The notes beneath the pieces are model-generated. The model ran no database searches. It saw only the letters and a list, made by a program, of their open reading frames with translations, and had not been told where the DNA came from. The translations under genes and the position numbers were made by a program. This document shows positions 36,952-50,324 of a stretch of 64,000 bases of DNA, piece by piece. Origin of the DNA: Octopus bimaculoides (lineage: Eukaryota). The number at the start of each line of letters is the position of its first letter. Position 1 is the stretch's first letter. The stretch covers positions 44,341,317 to 44,405,316 of the forward strand of contig NC_068991.1 in assembly GCF_001194135.2 (NCBI RefSeq). The letters run 5' to 3'.

Positions 36952-38599
36952 TTTCAGAATATTTTAACTATGCAAGTATTAATGTAACTAAATTGTTTGT
37001 AAACCACTGTTTCTCATTTCCTGTATCGTATGTGTGTACACACATGCACATATATGTGCATGTGTTTTTGTTTATAGTTAAATTTTAAAACAGTCCATCA
37101 TTAAATTGAAGGATCTCAATACCTTTCCATAGAGTAACATATAAAGAAATGTCACTTTGAAGTTTCAGCTGGACTGCTAATTATTTCGGTTTTGCTAGTT
37201 TTAGATATAATTATTTGTGGTTCATTTTGTGGGAAGAGTAAAGCAATACAGCTGTATGTGTGGTATTCTGGAGTATTTTCATGGTATGTACAGAAATACC
37301 ATTATGTATGTTTTAATTGGATGGAAGAAAATTTTGTAGGAATACAAATTAGTAGTAGAATTAATTTGGTGAGAGGAAGCTGAAAGAAAGGGAAAATGAC
37401 AATATCTATAGGTGAGAGTAGGAAAGAAGGATGGTAAAAACATTTTTCTGATTTGATATTTAAAGTTGAAATTATTTGGGTGGCTTAAGGAATTATTGTT
37501 TATGTTATTGTTATACTTCATTGGAGCATGTATGTAAAATATAGGTGCTGTGAGATTTATATAGGAATACAGGTTACAAACAGTTCATACTCAGTGCTTT
37601 AAATTAGCTTTGTTGAATATCTTCAGATGATTTTTGACACTAAATATGTCAGAAATTAACGGTTGATTTTTAATATGGGTGCAGATATAGAGGTGAAGGT
37701 GGCATGTTAGATTTGTATTGGAGCCATAAGTCAAAGATAGGTTAGAGACAGCACAGATTCAGTGATTTATGACTGATTAAGAATTTTGATTTTTCAATAT
37801 TGGCTTTGTGATGAACTCCAAGTAATTATATAATGAGATTTGTGAACAAGCATAGTTTGCACTCTGATTATGGCTGAAACTTCCAAGTAACTGTCAGCAT
37901 TTTCCTTGTAACAGTAAAATAATGCATGTGTGTGCACGCACGCACACACTGTAGTCTTTGTAACATATAGCTGTGAAAATAATACTTATATTCTACTAGT
38001 ACATATAATAATATTTCTGAATATCAGCTATTACATTTTTCCATGAGTCTGTGTAAACAAGAGACATGTTTATGAGTGTGGAACATGGCCTCCAAATTTC
38101 AGTTGATTCACTAGCTCATTACTTTGCCTTGCTCTGGGCACTCTTCATCAACCAACCCACTTCTAATATCACAACTTATTTGTTCCTTTATTGTTACTAT
38201 TTTGATCACATAACCCTCCGTTCTTTTAGATATTCAAGCATGTATATTATCTGAAATTTTTACTTCCATTCCATATCTAAATCTCAGAACTTAAATTTGC
38301 AAGCTACTTGCAAGGTACTTTATTTAGTTCCACTCCATATCTAAATCTCAAGACTTTAAATTTTAGATTCTTCTCCCTAGATATAACTAAAGAAATATTT
38401 TAGTGGAAAATTCATACCTCTGTGTGCTTGTTTAACAGCTGTTGTGAAAGTAAAGTCCACGATTTCAAAACAGCATTAACAATTAAAAGCAAAATCTGAT
38501 AATTTCCCCAAAAGTTTCCAACTCTGTTGTTAGTGTTGCATGTGTAAATAGTAGTTTCAGAAAAAAATTTTCTCTTTTATTATTGAAAATCTAGTTGCT

Positions 38600-39420
38600 T
38601 AGCTCTGGGTTATCTCTGATCAAGCAGGGCAGCCTTGATCACTTAACCTTTTTTAGGAGATGTGGCTATTATTTCTTGCTAATCCAGGAACCATCTAGTT
38701 TTCTCATCAAACATCTTAAAATAAAGGAGGGTTTTTTAAATCTTAAGTTATCATATTCTCTGTTGATGGTTAAGGATGATTGTTAGTATCTTAAATTACA
38801 AGTCATTTCAAAAGTGAACACTCTTCTCGACTGGTTTTACTCCTGAACTGTTGGGATCCAACTATAGGTATCAATGTTCAATTTTCCTTGTTACGTTTGG
38901 AATCTGACCAGGTTTCTAATACTATAGACAACTGTGAGCAGAGTATGTCTCAGTAACTGAGCTTTTCTCCATCCTTTGCACATACGCAAACCAGCTGATA
39001 TTTTACTGTGCCAATATCTCTTATATACTGGTGTGCTTGATTTTCAATAGGAAAATGGTGTTGACCCTATCTTTTCAATTGCTATTAATGATCTACTTTG
39101 GGTGCTTCATGAATGCATGCATTTTTTTTTATATACATGTTTGCATGTTTCTGACGCATATAGTTTGCATTTTACTTGGGATATTACATGCTGCTTGTTC
39201 CAGTCATTCCCTCATCCTTTTAAATGCAAAACTGGTCTTGTTGAAGCTGCAATCTACTTTATCACTGAAATTATTTTCACTACTGATTGTACTACCTTAG
39301 ATAAGTAGATTGATTTACCTCTTCTGACCATCAATGATAATGGGCTTGAATTGTACCATTTGACTAAAGTGAGGACTTGGTTGATAAAATAACTTCAGTT
39401 TTCCAAATATTAATATTCAA
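38600..39420 (-). mobile_element. highly degenerate non-LTR retrotransposon RT remnant
   Basis: Scattered minus-strand motifs KTEVIL and SWFAYVQRME (compare RWFGHVxRM of RTE-like LINEs), with many stops. Confidence 0.3.
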
Positions 39421-40552
39421 GCCAAACTTTCTTACTGCCAAAAGCAAATACTAATATGTCTGTTTGCAGAGTTAGTTTTGAGGTGTAACACTGGTCTTGT
39501 CTGAATGTGTACAATTTCTGTTGAGTTGCAGGATGCCTGTTTGAGCATCTCTGATAAACAGTGTGAGAATAATGTTAGTGCTAGCATGCAGCCCTGCTTG
39601 ACTTCAACTGGAATTCATCTGTGTTACCCAAGCCCTTCTGCTAGTGTTGAGATTGTATCATATAAGCAAACTTTTTCAGATATCCAAACTCTCTGTGTAC
39701 TTATCAGAGGCCAACCAGTTAAATACTTATCAGAGGCCAATCAGTTAAATACTATATTAAATGCATTTGTGAAATCTATGACAACTACACAAAGTCCCTT
39801 GTTCTGTCCATGCATATCTACTGCATCATGATTTTCTTGAAAAATTTTGCTCTAGTAATTATCTTACAAAATGTCTGTATTTGAATAAGTTCAAATGACT
39901 GTAGGACACTTAAGGGAGTGTTTGTTAGAACAATATTAAGCATCCATTATTTCAAAAAGTTCCATAAACTACTGTTTAGATTATCAAAACATTGTAAAAA
40001 TTGATTGAACATGCAATACTGATGCAAGCTTTAGAGCATTTCAATATAGAATAGTTAGTGCTATTGATCGCAATGTTAATCTCAGTTGGTTTTAAATCAC
40101 ATAAAACCAGCATTATATTTATCCATCAATACGTTATATTAGACCAAAGAATCTTTGAAAATTCAACTAACATTCTTTGTTATTTGTGCCAGTTATAAGT
40201 ACATGTGTGTACACACATTTATTAATTGTTAGACTTTTTTGTTTTGTAACGCTCAAATTTTAACTTTTACTGTTGCTCAAATAATTTTACAAATGTGAAT
40301 AGATTTATCTGTAATTCTATTTCATATTTTTGCTTGCTTTGGATTCATTTTGCTTTTCTTTCTGTTAACTCTACCAATTTAACTGGATGTGGTTTTCTGA
40401 CTGAGTATCCTTGAAATATTTTATTTTCTTACAAAAATGCACGCTATAACAAGTTTACAAAGACCATTGCTCATTCAGCTTTTCTTTTATTAATCTTATC
40501 TAATCTTACATATTTTATTTCAAATTTCCTTTACACCCAAATCCTTATATAA

Positions 40553-40772
40553 CCCTTTTGTTACCATATTTCTGATGAAATACATTCCTTTTGTTTCAAT
40601 TAATTTTGAAAATTAGAAGAATTTATTAAAATAACTTCACTGCTAAAAAGCTAGTGTTTGGAACTAAGACAACAGGAAATTTAGATGGATGATTTTAAGT
40701 TAGATCTCTTTAAAACAGAAAATTTCTATCATAGAACCAGCAGCAGTCACTGGCAGGTTGGTATCAAAAGGG
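40553..40772. mobile_element. TTAA-flanked (piggyBac-type) MITE, copy 3
   Basis: ataa-CCCTTTTGTTACC ... GGTATCAAAAGGG-ttaa, 220 bp. Confidence 0.75.
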
Positions 40773-41592
40773 TTAAATATACATTTGTTTTCCTTGATAC
40801 ATTCTAAATTGTACCAGCTATGGAAGCTGAAATACAATTTAAATTCTTTCAATAAAAACACCTAATGACATACTGCTAACGTTAGATATCTCTGTCTTAA
40901 GAGGCTTCCAATTGGAATGTTCATTTGAAAATAATGAATTTTGTCATTTTAGATTATCATTATTAGACAAAGTTTTTAGATGTAAAAATTCTTTCTACTT
41001 TGTTTCCTTTTCCTTTCTAAATGGATGCTTAACCAATGATAATTAAAACCTTTGGCTTTCAGCTAATTCTATTTTTCCCTCTGTTATAATTGCTTGTGAA
41101 AAAATCCAGTTGCACTTGTTCTATTTTTAACCAAATTTGTTTGATACATTCCTGGGACTGTTTTTTCTTTTATTTTGGCTCTGATTTAAATTTTACTCAT
41201 AACTTTAGACTAAGTATATTGTAGAAAATTATGAAGAAATTTTTCTAAAATGTTATAAATCTCACATAAATGCATTGCTCCTCCTCAAATCAATAATCAG
41301 GAGGATGCAAAACTATGCCTATTTAATGGCTGAACTGAATTGCACCGAGCATTTGTATGCGATTATTTTTTTTCTTATTTTTAGTATAACACGCTTAACA
41401 GTTTTGTCCAATTTAATTGTTATTAGAACTTACCTAACTAGATTTCCTCTCAAGTTAATTACATCTATCAATGTCTAATAATATATTTCATTTGTTTGCT
41501 TCCTCATTATTATTATTTATGTTGAATGTGGTGAAATCAGAGAACACAGAATGTTTTGTTCATTTCCAATGTGTGCATGTTTGTATAATGTG

Positions 41593-41627
<35 letters not shown>

Positions 41628-42104
41628 ACAACCACATACACACATAAAAACTCAAACTCAAATACCTTCGTATATCTATGCATACACCAACATTTTATTC
41701 ATATTTGTTCAGTTCATTAAATGTTACATGCAAAATATTCACTTCTGTTCATATGTGGCCTTCTTTAATCTTTATATCCCATATTTACAGTCACTTGTAT
41801 CCTCTCTCCCAAACCCCCATGTAAAGCCTTTATCCTTTCATAGCAATTTAGATTTTTAACCTGAAATATTTCATAAATGTTTTAGTTAATCCTATTTCAA
41901 GTTCCTTTTGGCTTCTTTTTCTTTCTAGTTTTTTATTTATTTATTCTGCTTTTTATGAAATTATTACATTTATTTCAAACTGATGTACTTATTTTATATT
42001 TTTTTAAAAAATGTCTCTAGTCTCTTTCATAGATACAAATTTTGTTTTGTTCTAAAAAGCTCATACAGAAAGGAAGTTGTTTTCCTAATTTCATCCTTTG
42101 TTTT

Positions 42105-42450
42105 NNNNNNNNNNNNNNNNNNNNNNNNNNNNNNNNNNNNNNNNNNNNNNNNNNNNNNNNNNNNNNNNNNNNNNNNNNNNNNNNNNNNNNNNNNNNNNNN
42201 NNNNNNNNNNNNNNNNNNNNNNNNNNNNNNNNNNNNNNNNNNNNNNNNNNNNNNNNNNNNNNNNNNNNNNNNNNNNNNNNNNNNNNNNNNNNNNNNNNNN
42301 NNNNNNNNNNNNNNNNNNNNNNNNNNNNNNNNNNNNNNNNNNNNNNNNNNNNNNNNNNNNNNNNNNNNNNNNNNNNNNNNNNNNNNNNNNNNNNNNNNNN
42401 NNNNNNNNNNNNNNNNNNNNNNNNNNNNNNNNNNNNNNNNNNNNNNNNNN
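42105..42450. other. assembly gap covering the 5' end of the MARK KA1 exon
   Basis: 346 N, preceded by cctaat and a pyrimidine tract and followed by in-frame coding sequence. Confidence 0.99.
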
Positions 42451-42715
42451 NACCAGCTCAATGGATCCTAATGATATGATGAAAGAAATTCGCAAAGTCT
42501 TGGATTCAAACAACTGTGATTATGAGCAACGGGAAAAGTTTCTCTTGCTCTGCATCCATGGAGATCCAAAAATAGACAGCTTAGTACAATGGGAGATGGA
42601 AGTGTGCAAGCTTCCAAGACTGTCATTGAATGGTGTTCGTTTCAAACGGATTATAGGGACATCAATAGGATTCAAAAATATTGCATCCAAAATTGCCAAC
42701 GAACTGAAACTTTGA
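42451..42715 (+). CDS. MARK: MARK/PAR-1 terminal exon encoding the KA1 domain (5' end lost in gap)
   Basis: [87 protein letters not shown], the characteristic MARK KA1 C-terminus. Stop TGA at 42713-42715. Confidence 0.98.
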
Positions 42716-45229
42716 TCTCGGGGGAAAAAAAATTTTTGAAAAAAAAAAAAAAAAGATAATAAATTACCAGGTCTTATGTCTTTGGTTAAACAGCTTGAGA
42801 TTTCCAGCGTGCAAAGTCCTGCTACACAACCTGGTATTGGTTGATCAGTCATCTTGCTCTACAGTGGATCTGTAATTTATAGCAGTTCATTATCCCCTTT
42901 GGTGGACTTACTTTATTAGGCTTTTATTTTGTACAATGTGTAAAGACAAACAAAATTTTAAAAATATCTGAAGAAAAACTCTATCCCAGAACTGTACAAA
43001 ATAGAGAGTCAATTGGTTAAACCTTTGGATGGTAACCGTGTAACCTTTTAAATGTAAGTATTTCACTTAGTAAAAAAAAAAAAACAAACAAAAAAAACTT
43101 ATGAAACAGGCGATACAGTTGTGGATCATGACGATGGCAATTTAATTGAGTAAGACTACAACTGGTAGGTAATACTGCTATTTTAAATGGAAAAAAAATA
43201 ATATTAATAAAAATAATGAAATAAAGGGAAAACTCTTTGAAATATTAGATGAATGAGTGTGAATTTAAGATTTAAATAACACTATTGTTCATCAGTTACT
43301 AAGGAAAATTCTGGATTAGTCTTGTACAAACTGATATCACGGAGAAAGAAAAGAAAAACACCCTCCATGTTTTGTATTTGCACATTTGTTTTTTAATTAC
43401 TCCATAAAGCAGGTTACCAGGATCATGTGGTCTTTGAGCCATTTTTATGGTATTTTCAAAACTGCTCTGACTCCTCTGACTCCTACCAGCTGGGTAATAT
43501 CTACCTCTTATTGCCCGTCTCTTTCTGTGTTTTCCCACCCTTCATTGCTAGAGTTTGAATGTTAAAAGGAAATGCCAATTTCTTTCAATATTTCTTTCCA
43601 TTCACATATTCATATGCTGGGGTTATGAGATCAGGCATAAGTACTGCTATTTCAAGTTAGTTACTTTTACCCCCCTTTCAAGCTCTTTTTAGTTGATGAC
43701 TAATCATATATTATTGTTCTCAAAGTTTTTATTTTTTATTTTTAACTAGAACTAATCAGTGCTTAGCTATTGATTTCAAACTTGAAACCAAATGTGATGA
43801 AAGTAAAATTATAAAATCAGCTTCTTTTGGGAAAGGAATTGAGCATTTGTGAAGGTAATATAGATAAGGTCCCAACAATTGGTTTGGTATTGAGGCTAAT
43901 TTGGCCTTAAGTGCACACTCCAGGTTTAAAAAATAAAAAGGAAAAAAAAAAAAAAGAGCTTATTTCTCTAAATATCACCTGCAGCAAGTTTATTTTTAAG
44001 AAATTATATTGCTTATGTTAATTTATCTTGATACCACATCTATCTATATATGTATATAGATATATAAAATCTATTTTGACAAGTGTTCTTGAGAAGACAA
44101 TTCCTTTAAATTATCTTAGAGCTTAATTATTTTATATAATATGTGTGTGTACATAATACTTATGCACACACATTTTAAATTAATTTATTTTACTTAGATT
44201 TAAAAAAAAAAAATTCTAATTTTGTTTTATTCTGTATAATTCTCTGAAACCAGACTTCTAGCCCAAACCCCTAGCCTTTTTCTACTATAAAAAAAATATT
44301 TTCTTGTTCAGCTTTCTCATATTTTGGAGGAGGGGGCTCTAGGTTATTATTTTTCTACTAAAATAGAATTTTTTACTTTTCTTACTGCTGTATAGATCTT
44401 TCACCAAACCGGTACACATCTTCCATTTTTTATTGCTGTTTGTTGCTGCTTGTACAGCTGTGGTGCATTCAGGTGATATGGAGTTGCTTCCAGAGGGGCA
44501 GTAATACTAATTGCTTTATTTTTCATAAGGGACTGCTAGTATACTGTATTTTGCCATGGTGAAATTGCTGGCAAGACTTGCTTTCATAAGCAATATTACT
44601 GTCAATGTTTGTTGTCTCAATAATATTGCTGACAAGATGCCTGGTTGCTGGGAAGCTGTCTGCTGCTATGGTAAATGTTGGCAAGATGCTTGCTTCCATA
44701 ATAAAGATGCTGTCAGGTTCACTGTTGTCCTAGAGTTTGCAGGGAGGCTGCGTGGTTGTAAAGTAAAATGTTGTTGAATGAGCTGTATTATAAAGGCGAG
44801 ACATGAATATTTTTTTATCTCGGCATTTCATTGAGTATCAAAGCCTTATTATAAGAGTGCAGTGATATGTTAAGCTCTGGCAAACCATGTCCATAAACTG
44901 CTTTCACTTCTACTAATGTTCTTTGGAATAACATAATCACTACAATTCCTTATTTCTCTATTAGTGTAAATTTGATGCTTCATGCCTATATAAATCATTA
45001 TTGTAATCACAGTGATGGAGGAAGACAAGACCAAGAGAGCAAGATTGGATGCTTTATAAATATTTAAACACTTTCCTGAGATAGTTTCTCCAGAATTGAT
45101 TTAACCTTTGGTTGAGAAAATAGTACCAGTAACACTATCCTTTCCTTTTATTTGACATTGTCTCCACTCAAGAATAATGATTTCTACATAGGCACATAAC
45201 CACAAAATTTTGTGAGGAGTGTAGTTGAT

Positions 45230-45815
45230 TAAGTCAGTCTTAGTACTTGACTAGTGCTTATTTTACTGGTCCTGAAAGGATAAAAAGTTAAGTTGGCTTC
45301 TGTGGGATTTGAATGCAGAATACAAAATATTTTGCTCAATGCTCCACCAATTTTGCTAGTGTTGTTGTCTGGTGGTGTGGAAACTGAGATGCAGTTGGAA
45401 GCTCTTGATGAATTGAGCTGGCTGTTTGGCATGCCATTAAAGAGTCTTGGAAATAAATGAGTTTTCCAGTTCTCTCTTAACCTCTAACATTTCATATGTA
45501 ACGAAAATTTGTGGTGGATTTGTGGTGCAACTATATACTCTTGGCAGTCATTCTTCAGGTTGGAATGCTAATGCCTATATGAAAGATTTTAATATATCCT
45601 TCCTTATTCACTCTTCCCTCATGAAAATTTGGTATTACACTCCATCATAAGAAATTACTCTGATGGGTGCCTTCTTTGCAGCAACAAGCTATCAATCTCT
45701 AAACCAAATCTGCAACTTGGTTTTGATTCCTAATTTGAAACTACTTGCATTACTAATGGTCTTGGAAAAAGCATCATAACTTCCTATATCATCAATCCTA
45801 AAAGTTATCTATGGC

Positions 45816-45871
<56 letters not shown>

Positions 45872-46000
45872 GGCAGTGGTGCAAATGGCCAAGGCAGTAG
45901 AACAGTAATCTACTCAAATATGCCTTACAAATATTACCTAACCATATCCCTTTGGGATCAAGTTCAAAGTCGACTGCCATGGTCGACTTTGCCTTTCATC
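45230..46000. mobile_element. two decayed SINEs (45230-45365 minus, 45870-46000 plus) with (ATT)n at 45817-45870
   Basis: gaaaggat.aaa...atttgaa segment on the minus strand and gttcaaa...gtcgactttgcctttcatc on the plus strand. Confidence 0.6.
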
Positions 46001-49000
46001 TCATGGAAATTTATAGATTTGATTTAGTAGGTTTATTATAGTAAATGATTCAAATATACAATTAGGATTTTAACAATAACCAAACTGACAAAATGTAGAT
46101 ACGCTTTTTAAAAACAAAAAAATATTCTTGTTATTCAGTCACTCATAGAACTTCATACATTTTATTGTAAATTTTTTTTCCTTCAATATTTCAATTGAAA
46201 AGAATATCACCTATTTCCCTGCCATGACTTGATTTGCTGTATCATCAGTATATGCAACTCCTTACTTGGACGATAGAGCCAAGAAATAGATTTATAGTGT
46301 CTGTAGTATTGCTGACTCAAATATTCCAGTGTTGACTTTCTTTCATCTCTTCAGAATGAATAAAAGAGGGTGGTAATTAGGGAAAATAATTTATTTGCAT
46401 TCTTGCATCAGTCCTCTCCTCCCCACTTCTTAATTATTTTTGTTTCTATTTCAGTGTTTGTTTTAACCATGTCCTGTCTTCCTAATACTTCTCACATTCT
46501 ATTCTTATTTTAGCCTATGTTCAAAGAAATTAAAGCTTAGAATTTTTTTTTTTTAAAGATACATGTTTAGGGCCATTTATTAAACCTATGCAATTTCTTC
46601 TCCCTTCCTATCAAATCTTTTATTTCAAGTGACTAATTTTCTTTTGACTTTTGTAGTACATAATTACCTCTTAGAATTATACAAGCCTTCATATCTGAAA
46701 GAAGTCAGTGTTATCTAATAAAGTATGAATATACCAAGAAGTAATCTACCTTGCTGAATTTTCTTGGTTTCTATTTAATGGGTGTGTGCATGGATCTCTT
46801 TCTGAATGCAATCAATGGCAATATTCATTAAAATCTAAAATTATATTTGGTTGTCACCTCATAATTTATTTACCTTAATGAAGTTTCAAATAACTATAGG
46901 AGATACTTCCCTTTGAACATTGTTGTTTCATGCCTTTTCCCTTTATTATCTCTTGGAGAAGTCAGAGCATAGTCCTGCTAATTTTGAGCAATTGTAATGG
47001 TTCTACTCTAGATGCACAAAAGATATTTATTTAAAAAAAAAACTGTCTTCTAACTCAATACGTTTTCTTTGGTTAATTTGTCTCTTTCTTTTCACATAAG
47101 AAAAAGAAAATTGTTTAAAAGACTTGGGTTGTAAAATTGGAGTATAGAAGAAAAATTGCTGAGGCAAGAGCTTGAAAGGGGAATTTTCTCTCATTAATCT
47201 TCTTTTCTCCAAATATTTTTCATATTTGACACTGGTTGACCTCATTTCCTTCATAAATACAGCCCAAATTAAAATATGTAAGGTAGAATGAACAATGTCT
47301 CCATCCAAAGAAAAATTACATCATTACTTGACATAGTGTAGTTTGCCTAAAAGAACTGAGTTAAAATAAAGAGCTAGCCTTTCCTTTTAATCTTTCTTCA
47401 CCACTCCCTTAGAATTTTATGTCCAACTTACCAGCCGTCCCTCATGTGCAAATCTTAACTGCCATCCATATTTTGTGTTGACATGTCCACACGCTATTCT
47501 TGTATATTCTATTTCTCTCCTTTTATTGCTATCTGAACCACACATTGTGTGCATAACTCTCTTAAAATTAGGGGAAAATGTCACTTGATCTCTACTGCTT
47601 TATACAACTATCAGTTATGCTCTTGGGTTTTTATACTGTTGTTATTAGTCTTGTCTTGTCTGGTATTTCAGATAAAAATACCCACACACATCACTACAAA
47701 TATTTTCTTGGTTCATGATGCAAGGGGGATGGTATGGAGAGGGAGTTGCTCCCTCTATTTTGCTGGGAGGGAGGGGAGCGGCAGGTTATAGGAAGACTGC
47801 TTTGATTGTACAGTTGTAAATTACTGTACCGTAATTACTTCAGAATCAGGCCTAACCTTATATGGTACCCTTTCTCAGCCAGGACATGACTACCATTCAT
47901 GAATCCTGTCCATAAGATTTCAGTTCTTATCTAATCTAGCCACAAGCTTATGTTTGTTAATTGTCAGTCTATTATTTTCTGTCTTACTTGAAATATTTAT
48001 TGCTCAATCTTCTTAGAATCTCCATTTTTATTTCTTAGGCATCATTATCATAAATAGTTTTCACAATATTTCATTTGAATTGTTAGAATTAATTCTAACT
48101 TGCCCTGGCCAGCTATTCAATGTTTGTATTGGAATGTCAAGCCTAGTCTTGCCCTGTAGTTTATTTTGATCTCAAATAGCAGACAAAATATATATTCTTC
48201 AAGACTTTAATTTGCTTTTTGTTCTGGTTTCTCTTAAGAACTTTCTGTTTTGTGTGACTACTAAATGCTAACAGCACAGTAACTTGGTCTGAGATAATTA
48301 TTTCCTCCCTTACCACAACAAAAACAATTATTGAATAATATACAGAATTAAATAAATGGAATATTTGGTTATTTTTCAGCCTTTAAAGAAAACATTTTGG
48401 TCTTTATATTTTTTTTAATTAAAAGTCCTCTTAAATTTTTAACCAATCATAATTTCTTATAGACTACAATATTTATTCAAATGAAAACAATAAATTAAAC
48501 AAATTCTTTTCATCACTAATATCAAAGATATGATTTCTGATGAATGAATGGTTTTTGTGTAGAATATTCAATTTTGATGGAAGACAAATTTTTCTAAAAT
48601 AGGTATTTTAATGCCCACTGCCACCCTAAGGCCCTTTAAGAATTATTTCAGATGAGGTGTTAGTTGATATTGTGCAAACCTTCTCCCACCCTGCCCAACA
48701 ATATAGCTTCTCTATATACTGTGTGTGCAAAGAGGTTTATGTAAAATAACTTCGTAAATATTCATACAGATATAGTTTCCTTTGGAAAAAAAAATTGCTC
48801 TTGTTTCTATTTTTTTAATTCAATGACTTCAAATTGTACAATGGATAAAGAATAAACATTTTAAATAATTATTTTGCAAGCACTTCAAAGCTTTTTTTTT
48901 TTTTTAAATCCTACTTTTCCCCCCTCTTTCTCTGTTTTAATTAGTTTGCCTTTTTTTTAATATATATTTTTACTATTAAACCTCTTTGGAAGTAAAAGGT

Positions 49001-50045
49001 TTTTCTAACAAATTTTTGGTTTGACAATATTTTTTCCCACATTCTTGTGAGAAAATTTAATATTTTGATTAAGAAAGAGTACATTTCTATCTCTCCAATT
49101 TTTATTTTAGTCCTTTTCTCAAATTATTCAAAAGCTGTTTATTTCAACTCGCATTTTTACAAATGCTTGTAACAGATATACTAGTGTTTATGTGTGTATA
49201 AATATATATGTCACATATATACTTCATTACACATATACACATACCTATTGTTTATCCACTGGTGGTTGGAAAGAGGAGTCTAAAAATATTTGCAAATATG
49301 TATAACAAAACCCTTAAATATTGAAATGCATAAAATATTTTCATCCATCTTACTTGGATTTCTTTTTTTATTTATCTCACCTCAAATATTATGACCTGAA
49401 AGTTTATTTAAAATGTGCATAAAAATGAAGTAGGAGCATTGCATTTCTTATAACTTGTACCTCAGTTCATTACCTTAAAGACTGAATCTAGTTTCTCTAT
49501 ATTATTTGAATATTAGCCCTAGATAGGCAAGGTCCTTTATTTGATGATCAAAATGAGGATGACATAAGTACAGTTTAACCTTTCCCCTAACCATATTAGA
49601 CAACTGAGGTGTTTCTCCTAATTTGGTTGTAGTTGCTAAAACAGCTCATTTTTATACTTATTTCTGCATTAAGCTGTTGTTTCACACGTAAGTAAACAAA
49701 TACGGGTTCTTACAAGAAATTATTATGGCAAGTTAGTTTAAATACAAGCATTTAAGTTGTAAGGCAGTGACAAAAGATTATAGTAAATGAGAAGTTAGTT
49801 TATTAAATTATTTTCAATATTAAACATCCAGGAAGTGTATTTAAAAAATGTGATAACAAAAAAGTCAAAACTGTCAATGTTGAAGCAGAAGCTGCTGAAT
49901 GTCCAGAGAAAGTACTTGTCAGCTTGTCTTGTTTTCTCAACACTGATAATAGCTTTTGAGATATCATTCACTATCATGGCTCCCTGTTGAACAGAATGCA
50001 AACAACTCACTGATTTATATGCCAAAACTTTAAAAATAAGATTAA

Positions 50046-50051
50046 TTTATT
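50046..50051 (-). promoter_or_regulatory. candidate polyadenylation signal of MOCS3
   Basis: AATAAA on the minus strand about 53 nt downstream of the stop. The hexamer is common in AT-rich DNA. Confidence 0.35.
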
Positions 50052-50103
50052 AAAACTTAGCTTAATTATGGCTAGTTCAGAACATATTAAGTAAGTTCTT
50101 CCA

Positions 50104-50324
50104 TCAATATTGAGGGAAATTTGGTACTAGTTGGGCCCAAGCTGAGATACCACCTCGTATGTCTTTTATAATCAGGTTGGTAAAAACTTCCTGTAGCTTT
50201 TTCACTGCAATTTGTGAATCATTACCATGGTGACACACCACCACAATCAATTTCCCCTGATCTTGGTCTTCTGAAAGCAGTGACTTGATTTTCTTTGCAT
50301 TTCTTATGTCAGACATTGGAATAT
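50104..50324 (-). CDS. MOCS3: MOCS3 terminal exon, rhodanese active-site loop
   Basis: (N)IPMSDIRNAKKIKSLLSEDQDQGKLIVVVCHHGNDSQIAVKKLQEVFTNLIIKDIRGGISAWAQLVPNFPQY*. Matches the MOCS3 CxxGNDSQ.AV and D..GG..AW...FP.Y C-terminus. Only the aag| acceptor at 50325/50324 keeps frame. Confidence 0.96.

Noticed and set aside
41983-42513. Several ORFs spanning the second N gap
   Set aside because: Open only because N translates as X. Only the frame ending at 42715 is real (KA1).
44556-44777. Cys-rich 73-aa ORF
   Set aside because: No splice signals or recognisable domain. Better explained by the degenerate tandem array.
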